A DNA stretch of 61,655 nucleotides, taken from positions 1 through 61,655 of the forward strand of contig DASTSM010000349.1 in NCBI GenBank assembly GCA_035760685.1, read 5' to 3'. Positions within the stretch are counted from its first letter, which is position 1, and each line of letters begins with the position of its first letter. Origin of the DNA: Gammaproteobacteria bacterium. Lineage in GTDB: Bacteria > Pseudomonadota > Gammaproteobacteria > Steroidobacterales > Rariloculaceae. Below are positions 1-7,071 of this stretch, piece by piece. The notes beneath the pieces were generated by a model. It was not told where the DNA came from and searched no databases. It saw only the letters and a list, made by a program, of their open reading frames with translations. Both the position numbers and the translations under genes were made by a program.

Positions 1-1452
1 GACGCCTTCGTCGTCGCGTTCAGGATCCCGAATTTGCTGCGCCGCTTCTTCGCCGAAGGCGCCTTCTCGCAGGCCTTCGTGCCCGTGATCTCCGAGTACC
101 GGAGCACGAGGAGCGCGGAGGAGACGAAGGCCCTCGTCGACCGCGTCGGCGGCACGCTGGCGCTCGTGGTGTTCGCCGTCACGGCCGTCGGCGTCGCCGC
201 GGCGCCGATCGTCGTCGCGGTGTTCGCCCCGGGCTTCCTCGGGGACGACGGCCGCTTCGGTCTCACGGTGGACATGATCCGCTGGACGTTTCCGTATCTT
301 TTGTTCGTCTCGCTGACGGCCTTTGCGGGCGGCATTCTGAACAGCCACCGGCGCTTCGCGGTGCCGGCGTTCACGCCCGTGCTGCTGAACCTCGTGCTGA
401 TCGGCTTCGCGGCGCTCATTGCGCCCCGGCTCGAGCGGCCGGGCATCGGTCTCGCCGTCGGCGTCTTCGTCGCGGGTCTCGTGCAGCTCGCGTTCCAAGC
501 TCCGTTCCTGCACCGCATGCGCCTGCTGCCGCGGCCGCGCTGGGCGTGGCGCGACGCCGCCGTTCGGCGCGTGCTCGCGCTCATGCTGCCGGCCGTCCTC
601 GGCTCCTCGGTCGCGCAGATCAATCTCCTCATCGATAACCAAATCGCCACGTTCCTGCCGTCGCACAGCATCAGCTGGCTCTACTATTCGGACCGGCTCT
701 TGGAGTTTCCGCTCGGCGTCATCGGCATCGCGCTCGGCACGGTCATTCTGCCTCGCTTGTCCGAGCATCACGCGCGCGGTTCGGCCGATGCCTTCGCGTG
801 CACGATCGATTGGGCGCTGCGTCTCGTGCTCGTCGTCGCGCTGCCGGCCGCGCTCGGCCTCGCGATGCTCGCGCGGCCGTTGCTCGCGACGATTTTCTTC
901 GGCGGCGAGTTCACGCAGGCCGACGTGACGATGACGACCGCGAGCCTCCAGGCCTTTGCGCCGGGCCTCCTCGGCTTCGTGCTCGTCAAGGTCCTCGCGC
1001 CCGCTTACTTCGCGCGGCAAGACGCGCGCACGCCCGTGAAGATCGCGGTCGGCGCGCTCGTTCTCAACACGGCGCTCAGCATCGCGCTCGTCGTCGTGCT
1101 GCCGCGCACGGGTTGGGCGCCGCCGCATGCGGGGCTCGCGTTCGCGACGACGGCGTCGGGGCTGCTCAACGGAGCGCTGCTGCTCGCGGGACTCGTGCGC
1201 GCCCGAATTTATCGGCCGCTTCGCGGGTGGCGGCCGCTGCTGCTCCAGGTGGCCGCGGGCTGCGTCGTCATGGCCGCCTTCTTGGCGCTCGCGCTCGAGC
1301 GCGGCGGCGATTGGCTCGAGTGGAGCAAGGCCGACCAGGTGCCGCGTCTCGCGACGCTCGTCGTCGTCGCCGCATCGATCTACTTCGTGACGTGCTACGC
1401 GCTCGGGCTCAGGGTCGACGCGGTCCGCGTCGCGGCGAGGAAGCCGAGCTGA
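1..1452 (+). CDS. murJ: Lipid II flippase MurJ (MviN), 5' end cut by the window edge
   Basis: Frame 1 is open from nt 1 (DAFVVAFRIPNLLRRFFAEGAFSQAFVPV, the conserved MurJ N-proximal motif). It is a multi-TM hydrophobic protein ending at TGA 1450-1452. It lies upstream of ribF-ileS-lspA. Confidence 0.9.
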   Translation, partial: DAFVVAFRIPNLLRRFFAEGAFSQAFVPVISEYRSTRSAEETKALVDRVGGTLALVVFAVTAVGVAAAPIVVAVFAPGFLGDDGRFGLTVDMIRWTFPYLLFVSLTAFAGGILNSHRRFAVPAFTPVLLNLVLIGFAALIAPRLERPGIGLAVGVFVAGLVQLAFQAPFLHRMRLLPRPRWAWRDAAVRRVLALMLPAVLGSSVAQINLLIDNQIATFLPSHSISWLYYSDRLLEFPLGVIGIALGTVILPRLSEHHARGSADAFACTIDWALRLVLVVALPAALGLAMLARPLLATIFFGGEFTQADVTMTTASLQAFAPGLLGFVLVKVLAPAYFARQDARTPVKIAVGALVLNTALSIALVVVLPRTGWAPPHAGLAFATTASGLLNGALLLAGLVRARIYRPLRGWRPLLLQVAAGCVVMAAFLALALERGGDWLEWSKADQVPRLATLVVVAASIYFVTCYALGLRVDAVRVAARKPS

Positions 1453-1526
1453 TGGCCCGCAACGTCGAGGAAGCCTCGCGCATGGCCGCGGCAGCGTCGA
1501 GGAAGCCGAGCTGATGGCGGCGGCAC
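1431..1526 (+). repeat. Three tandem copies of a ~30-32 bp unit at the murJ/ribF junction
   Basis: The 21-mer GAGGAAGCCGAGCTGATGGC(C/G) occurs at 1437-1457 and 1499-1519 (20/21 identical). A diverged copy, GAGGAAGCCTCGCGCATGGCC, lies at 1467-1487. Both outer copies contain a TGATG stop/start overlap. Confidence 0.75.
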
Positions 1527-2494
1527 CGCGGCCAGGCGGGCGGCGCGCGCGCCTGCGCCTCTACCGGACGCCGGCGGCCCTCGAGCGGTGCCCGGCGCCC
1601 TCGGGCCGCGCCGTCGCGATCGGCGCCTTCGACGGCGTGCACGTCGGGCATCAGGAGATTCTTCGCCGAGTCGTGGGCACGGCGGCGGCCGAAGGGCGCG
1701 CGTCGACGGTGTTCTCGTTCGAGCCCATGCCGGCCGAGGTCATGGCGCCGGACGATCCGCCCGCGCGGCTCACGCGCTTTCGAGAGCGCTTCGAGGTGTT
1801 CGAGGCGATGGGCCTCGAGGAGTTCTTCTGCCCGAGCTTCCGAACGCTCAAGAACCTCGCGCCCGAGGTCTTCATCGAGGCGCTGCTGCATCGCGCGCTC
1901 GACACGCGGCACCTCGTCGTCGGCCACGATTTTCGCTTCGGCGCCGGCCGCCGCGGCGGGCTCGAGGATCTCGAGCGCGCGAGCCGGCGCTACGGCTTCG
2001 ACGTGACCGTCGTCGAGCCCGTCGAGCGTGCGGGCCGCCGCGTCAGCAGCACGGCGATTCGGGCGGCGCTCGCGGCCGGCGATCTCGACGCGGCCCGCGT
2101 CATGCTCGGCCGCGACTACAGCATGTCGGGCCGCGTGATTCGCGGCCAAGGGCTCGGCCGCGGGCTCGGCTATCCGACGGCGAACGTGAGCCTGAAGCGC
2201 CGCAGGTCGCCGATCGACGGCATCTTCGCCGTGCGCGTCGGCGGTCTCGACGACGACGGTCTGCTCGACGGCGTCGCGAGCATCGGCACGCGGCCGACCG
2301 TCGGCGGCGGCGTCGCGCTGCTCGAGGTGCTGATCTTCGACTTCGATCGCGACATCTACGGCGAGCACATCACCGTGCACTTCGTCCGGCGTCTCCGCGA
2401 GGAGCGCCGCTTCCCGAGCCTCGACGCGCTGAAGGCGCAGATGCGCCTCGACGTCGCGGAGGCCCGGGCTGCGCTCGAAAGCCGAATCGCGTAA
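1514..2494 (+). CDS. ribF: Bifunctional riboflavin kinase / FAD synthetase RibF
   Basis: The N-terminal adenylyltransferase motif is AIGAFDGVHVGHQEIL. The C-terminal riboflavin-kinase half carries GLGYPTANV, IGTRPTV and LEVLIFDFDRDIYGE. ATG 1514 is the only upstream ATG; the true start could be slightly downstream. Confidence 0.9.
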   Translation: MAAAPRPGGRRARLRLYRTPAALERCPAPSGRAVAIGAFDGVHVGHQEILRRVVGTAAAEGRASTVFSFEPMPAEVMAPDDPPARLTRFRERFEVFEAMGLEEFFCPSFRTLKNLAPEVFIEALLHRALDTRHLVVGHDFRFGAGRRGGLEDLERASRRYGFDVTVVEPVERAGRRVSSTAIRAALAAGDLDAARVMLGRDYSMSGRVIRGQGLGRGLGYPTANVSLKRRRSPIDGIFAVRVGGLDDDGLLDGVASIGTRPTVGGGVALLEVLIFDFDRDIYGEHITVHFVRRLREERRFPSLDALKAQMRLDVAEARAALESRIA

Positions 2495-2522
2495 ACTCCG
2501 GCCCTTCCGCATCCCCGGACCT

Positions 2523-5500
2523 ATGTTCGAGCCAGTACCTCCGCGTTACGACGGGCCCGCCCTCGAGAAGACGATTCTCGAGCTTTGGCGCCGCGAGGAC
2601 GTGTTCAACCGAGTGCTCGCCGAAGGCGAGGGGCGCAAGCGCTTCGTGTTCTACGAAGGCCCGCCGACCGCGAACGGGCGGCCAGGCATTCATCACGTGC
2701 TCGCGCGGACGTTCAAGGATCTCTACCCGCGCTTCAAGACCATGCAGGGCTACCACTGCCCGCGCAAGGCCGGCTGGGATACGCACGGGCTGCCCGTCGA
2801 GCACGAGATCGAGAAAGAGCTCGGCATTTTCGACAAGAAGCGCATCGAGCAGGAGGTCGGCATCGCGCAGTTCGTCGCGAAGTCCCGGAGCTCGGTGCTG
2901 CGCTACGTCGCCGACTGGGAGGCGATGACGGAGCGCATGGGCTTCTGGGTCGACTTCGAGCACGCATATTTCACGCTCGACAATGCCTACATCGAATCGG
3001 TCTGGCATCTGCTCAAGCAGATCTGGGATCGCGGGCTCATCTATCAAGGCTACAAGGTCGTTCCTTACGACCCGCGCATCGGCGCGACGCTGTCGTCGCA
3101 CGAGGTCGCACTCGGCTATCGCGAGGTCGAGGACCCTTCGATCTACGTGCGCTTCAAGGCACTCGGCGAGCCCGAGAAGACCTACTTCCTCGTCTGGACG
3201 ACGACGCCGTGGACGCTGCCTTCGAACCTGCTGCTCGCCGTGCACCCGCACGTCGAGTACGTCTGGGTGAAGCGCGAAGGCGAGACCTTGATTCTCGCGC
3301 GGCCGCTCCTCGGCGCCGTGCTCGGCGACTCCGGCTACGAGATCGTGCGCAGCGCGCTCGGGCGCGAGCTCGACGGCATGCGCTACGAGCGGCTGTTCGA
3401 CTATTTGCCGATTCCGGGCACGGCCGGCGGAGGCGGGGGCGCCGTGCAGGGCGGAGGCGGCTCCTCGGCCGGCGCGAGTGCATCGGCACCCGAAATTTGC
3501 CGCGTCCGCACGGCGGATTTCGTGACCGTCGAGGACGGCACCGGCATCGTTCACATCGCGCCCGCGTACGGTGAGGACGACCTCAAGCTCGGGCAGCGCC
3601 ACGGGTTGCCCGTGCTGCACGGCGTCGGCGAGGACGGCTACTTCCTGCCCGAGGTCACGCCCGTCGCCGGCAAGTTCTTCAAGGAGGCGGATTCGACGAT
3701 CGTCGCGCTGCTGCGCGAGCGCGGCCTCCTGTTCCGCGAGGCGCGTTACAAGCACAACTATCCGTTCGGCTGGCGCACGGGCGATCCGCTCATCTATTAC
3801 GCGAAGAACGCGTGGTATATCCGCACGACCGATTTTCGCGAGCGCATGGTCGAGCTGAACCGCACGATCAACTGGGTGCCCGAGAACATCCGCGACGGGC
3901 GCTTCGGCAACTGGCTCGAGAACAACATCGACTGGGCGCTGTCGCGCGAGCGCTTCTGGGGCACGCCGCTGCCGGTCTGGACGGACGGCGCGGGCGACTA
4001 CGTCTGCATCGGCTCGGTCGCCGAGCTCGAGCGGAGGTCCGGCCGCGACCTCTCGGGGCTCGACCTGCACCGGCCCGCCGTCGACGACGTGACGTTCGTG
4101 CACGAGGGGCGCGAGTACCGGCGCGTCGCCGAAGTCATCGACTGCTGGTTCGATTCTGGGGCGATGCCGTACGCACAGTGGCATTACCCGTTCGAGAATC
4201 AAGCCCTCTTCGAGAAGAGCTTCCCGGCCGATTTCATTTCCGAAGCGATCGATCAGACGCGCGGCTGGTTCTACACGCTGCACGCGATCGCGACGATGGT
4301 ATCGGACAGCGTCGCGTACAAGAACGTCGTCTGCCTCGCGCACATCGTCGATCAAGACGGCAAGAAAATGTCGAAGTCGCTCGGGAATATCGTGAATCCC
4401 TACGACGTCTTCGACGCCGTCGGCGCCGACGCCTTGCGCTGGCACTTCACGGCGCGCGTCGCGCCGGACATCCAGAAGCGCGTCTCCGTCGAGATCGTCG
4501 CCGACGTCGCGAGCAGCTTCATCAACACGCTCTGGAACACGTACGGCTTCTTCGTCATGTACGCGCGCCTCGACGGCTTCGATCCGGAGCGCACGGTGCC
4601 CGTCGAGTCCCGTCCCGAGATCGACCGATGGGTGCTGGCGCTGCTCGAGGAGACGATCGAGACCGCGACGGCGGCGCTCGAGAGCTACGACGCGCTCAAG
4701 GCCGGCACGGCCATCGAGCGCTTCGTCGATCAGCTCAGCAACTGGTACGTGCGCCGCAATCGGCGCAGGTTCTGGAAAGCCGCGAGCGGCGACGACAAGC
4801 AGGCCGCGTATCTGACGCTCTACGAATGCCTCGACGTCTTGCAGCGCCTGCTCGCGCCGTTCGTGCCTTTTCTCGCGGAGGCGATGTACCAGAACCTCGC
4901 GCGCGGCGCCCGGCCCGGCGCGCCCGTCAGCGTTCACATGACGCGGTGGCCCGAGCGGCGCCTCGAGCGCCTCGACAGGGAGCTTCTCGCCGAGACCGAG
5001 ATCGTGCAGCGCATCGTCGGCCTCGGGCGCGCCGCGCGAAACGAGTCGAAGCTCAAGGTGCGCCAGCCGCTCTCGCGGCTGCTCGTGCGCGTGCCGGACG
5101 ACGCGTCGGAGCGTGCGGTCCAGCGGCAGCGCGAGCAGATTCTCGAGGAGCTCAACGTCAAGTCGCTCGAGCTGCTCGCCCGCGACGCGAAGCTCGTGAG
5201 CTACCGCATCAAGCCGAACCTGCCGCGCGTCGGGAAGCGGTACGGCAAGCTGATCCCGGCTATCCGCGAATACCTGCAGCGCGCCGACGGCGCGGCCATC
5301 GCCGCGGGCGTCGCGCGCGGCGAGAAGCACGTCGCCGAGATAGCGGGGCAGACCGTCGAGCTCGAGCCCGACGACTTGCTCGTCGAGACCGCGTCGGCGG
5401 AAGGCTTCGCGAGCGCCGAGGAGGGCGGCTACCTCGTCGCGCTCGACACGAAGCTCGACGGCGAGCTCGTCAAGGAAGGCCTCGCGCGCGAGCTCGTGCG

Positions 5501-5738
5501 CGCCGTGCAGGACGCGCGCAAGCAGGCGGGGCTCGAAGTTTCGGATCGCATCGCGCTATCCGTCGACGGCGACGCGGCGGTGCGTGAGGCCGTCGGCGCG
5601 TACCGTGACTACCTCATGAGCGAGACGCTCGCGAGCCGCTGGGGCGCGCCCGACGGGCGAGATTCGTTCGAGACGTCGCAGACGCAGGGCGAGCACCGGT
5701 GGGTCATTCGCCTCGCGCGGGACGCGGCCGATGAATGA
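2523..5738 (+). CDS. ileS: Isoleucine--tRNA ligase, long type 2 (Thermus/eukaryote-like) form
   Basis: 1071 aa. It has a HIGH-region (PTANGRPGIHHV) and KMSKS (KMSKSLGN). The N-terminal ~200 aa track my memory of Thermus-type IleRS closely (YEGPPTANG, RKAGWDTHGLPVE, KVVPYDPRIGATLSSHEVALGY). This is not the E. coli-type GPPYANG sequence. Confidence 0.95.
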   Translation: MFEPVPPRYDGPALEKTILELWRREDVFNRVLAEGEGRKRFVFYEGPPTANGRPGIHHVLARTFKDLYPRFKTMQGYHCPRKAGWDTHGLPVEHEIEKELGIFDKKRIEQEVGIAQFVAKSRSSVLRYVADWEAMTERMGFWVDFEHAYFTLDNAYIESVWHLLKQIWDRGLIYQGYKVVPYDPRIGATLSSHEVALGYREVEDPSIYVRFKALGEPEKTYFLVWTTTPWTLPSNLLLAVHPHVEYVWVKREGETLILARPLLGAVLGDSGYEIVRSALGRELDGMRYERLFDYLPIPGTAGGGGGAVQGGGGSSAGASASAPEICRVRTADFVTVEDGTGIVHIAPAYGEDDLKLGQRHGLPVLHGVGEDGYFLPEVTPVAGKFFKEADSTIVALLRERGLLFREARYKHNYPFGWRTGDPLIYYAKNAWYIRTTDFRERMVELNRTINWVPENIRDGRFGNWLENNIDWALSRERFWGTPLPVWTDGAGDYVCIGSVAELERRSGRDLSGLDLHRPAVDDVTFVHEGREYRRVAEVIDCWFDSGAMPYAQWHYPFENQALFEKSFPADFISEAIDQTRGWFYTLHAIATMVSDSVAYKNVVCLAHIVDQDGKKMSKSLGNIVNPYDVFDAVGADALRWHFTARVAPDIQKRVSVEIVADVASSFINTLWNTYGFFVMYARLDGFDPERTVPVESRPEIDRWVLALLEETIETATAALESYDALKAGTAIERFVDQLSNWYVRRNRRRFWKAASGDDKQAAYLTLYECLDVLQRLLAPFVPFLAEAMYQNLARGARPGAPVSVHMTRWPERRLERLDRELLAETEIVQRIVGLGRAARNESKLKVRQPLSRLLVRVPDDASERAVQRQREQILEELNVKSLELLARDAKLVSYRIKPNLPRVGKRYGKLIPAIREYLQRADGAAIAAGVARGEKHVAEIAGQTVELEPDDLLVETASAEGFASAEEGGYLVALDTKLDGELVKEGLARELVRAVQDARKQAGLEVSDRIALSVDGDAAVREAVGAYRDYLMSETLASRWGAPDGRDSFETSQTQGEHRWVIRLARDAADE

Positions 5739-5825
5739 GCCGCTTGGGTCGTCCAACTCTCGGGCGAGAGTGCCGGCCGGCGGCGTGCGCCCGGTCCTCC
5801 TTCGGCTGCTCGAGGGAGGCCGCGC

Positions 5826-6434
5826 ATGACCGATCGCCCGGAGCCCGCGAAGCGGCGGTGGTTCGGGCTCAGCGCGGGCGCAAGCAATTGGCTCTGGCTC
5901 GCGCTCGCCGTCATCGTCGCGGATCGAATCACGAAGTACCTCGTCATGCAGCACTTCGAGGAGTTCGAGGAGATCGTGCTGCTCCCGGTGCTGAACTTGA
6001 TTCGCCTCCACAACGAGGGCGCCGCATTCAGCTTCCTGAGCGAAGCCTCGGGTTGGCAGCGCTGGGCGTTCACGGCCCTCGGCCTCGTCGTGAGTGTCGG
6101 AATTTTGGTTTGGCTACGGCGCCTGCCGGCCCGCGGCCACGGGCTCTTGGCCGCGGGCCTGTCGCTCGTGCTCGGCGGGGCGCTCGGCAACGTCATCGAC
6201 CGCGTAGCTTACGGCTACGTCATCGACTTCATTCGCGTGCACTACGGCGAGTGGTACTTCCCCGCTTTCAACGTCGCGGATTCGGCCATCACGGTCGGGG
6301 CCGTGCTGCTGATCCTCGATAACGTTTTCGATTTCGGGCGGGCGAGGCGGAGAGCGCGGAGCGAGGCTTCCGCGCCCGGCGCCGAGCGCTCGGCGCGCGA
6401 CGGGATACCGGACCCGAGCGAGAAGAATCCTTAG
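5826..6434 (+). CDS. lspA: Lipoprotein signal peptidase (signal peptidase II)
   Basis: Four TM segments with the DRITK, NEGAAFSFL and FNVADSAITVGAVLLIL motifs. It sits in the conserved position after ileS. There is a ~35-aa charged C-terminal tail beyond the usual ~165 aa. Confidence 0.9.
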   Translation: MTDRPEPAKRRWFGLSAGASNWLWLALAVIVADRITKYLVMQHFEEFEEIVLLPVLNLIRLHNEGAAFSFLSEASGWQRWAFTALGLVVSVGILVWLRRLPARGHGLLAAGLSLVLGGALGNVIDRVAYGYVIDFIRVHYGEWYFPAFNVADSAITVGAVLLILDNVFDFGRARRRARSEASAPGAERSARDGIPDPSEKNP

Positions 6435-6474
6435 CGCTTGCGCGGGGGGCGGAAGCAGGCCCGGCGGCGCCGCT

Positions 6475-6533
6475 AAAAAATTGGGGTCTGACCCCGTTTT
6501 CGGGAAATTGGGCTTTGACCCGATTTTTTTACC
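6475..6533. terminator. Bidirectional intrinsic terminator made of two tandem hairpin units between convergent lspA and pilE
   Basis: The sequence is AAAAAATTGGGGTCTGACCCCGTTTT, then TTGGGCTTTGACCCGATTTTTTT. The two ~27-bp units are at 6481-6500 and 6508-6527. Each is a short GC stem flanked by A-runs and T-runs, so a T-run follows a hairpin on both strands. The patch is locally AT-rich. Confidence 0.6.
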
Positions 6534-6978
6534 AGCAGCGGCCGTTCGTGTCGGGCGAGGCCGACTTCGTGCCGTCCGACGAGACCGTGAAGGAGGCGCA
6601 CTCCGCGTCGTCCGTCATCGTCACGCCGTTGTCGCCGCCGCCGGCCGTGGGCGCCGCGGAAGCCGTGTAGCTTTGCCCGTCCATGGCCGTGTCGAGGTCG
6701 AGCGTGTAGACGCCGTTCTCGCTCTTGCCGTCCGCGAAGCCGAGATCGGCGAGCGCGTCTGCGTATTCGTTGTGCTGCAGGTAGTAGCTCTCCTGCTTCG
6801 CCTGCAGGCGCATGAGCGCCGTCTTCGCCTCGGTTCGGTGCGCGCGAATCGTGTACTGCCGGTAGCTCGGCATCGCGATCGTCGCGAGGATCGCGACGAC
6901 GACGACCGTGATCATGAGCTCGATGAGCGTGACGCCGCTTTCGCGGCGGCTCGGCGTTCGCAGTCTGGGCTCGTCCAT
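6529..6978 (-). CDS. pilE: Type IV pilin-like protein (minor pilin, PilE position)
   Basis: Prepilin leader ...RRESG|VTLIELMITVVVVAILATIAMP with Glu at +5. There is a C-terminal Cys pair (ECASF...GRCW). It is the last gene of the minor-pilin operon. Confidence 0.8.
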   Translation of the reverse strand: MDEPRLRTPSRRESGVTLIELMITVVVVAILATIAMPSYRQYTIRAHRTEAKTALMRLQAKQESYYLQHNEYADALADLGFADGKSENGVYTLDLDTAMDGQSYTASAAPTAGGGDNGVTMTDDAECASFTVSSDGTKSASPDTNGRCW

Positions 6979-7071
6979 GCCAGCGTCTCCTGGGCCCGCA
7001 AGGCTCTTGTAGGAGCCTCCGAGTCTGCGCGCCGCGCCCCCGGAAGGCGAGGGCGCAGCTCACAGAGGGCC

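Noticed and set aside
2370-5330. A 986-aa ORF antisense to ileS. Similar giant ORFs occur at 6481-9126 (+), 16068-20357 (-), 20973-23864 (+), 26961-29516 (-) and 38230-39954 (+).
   Set aside because: These are Arg/Ala/Gly/Pro-dominated translations with no recognisable motifs. They overlap genes that carry unmistakable family signatures in another frame or on the other strand. Stop-poor shadow frames like this are expected in very GC-rich DNA.
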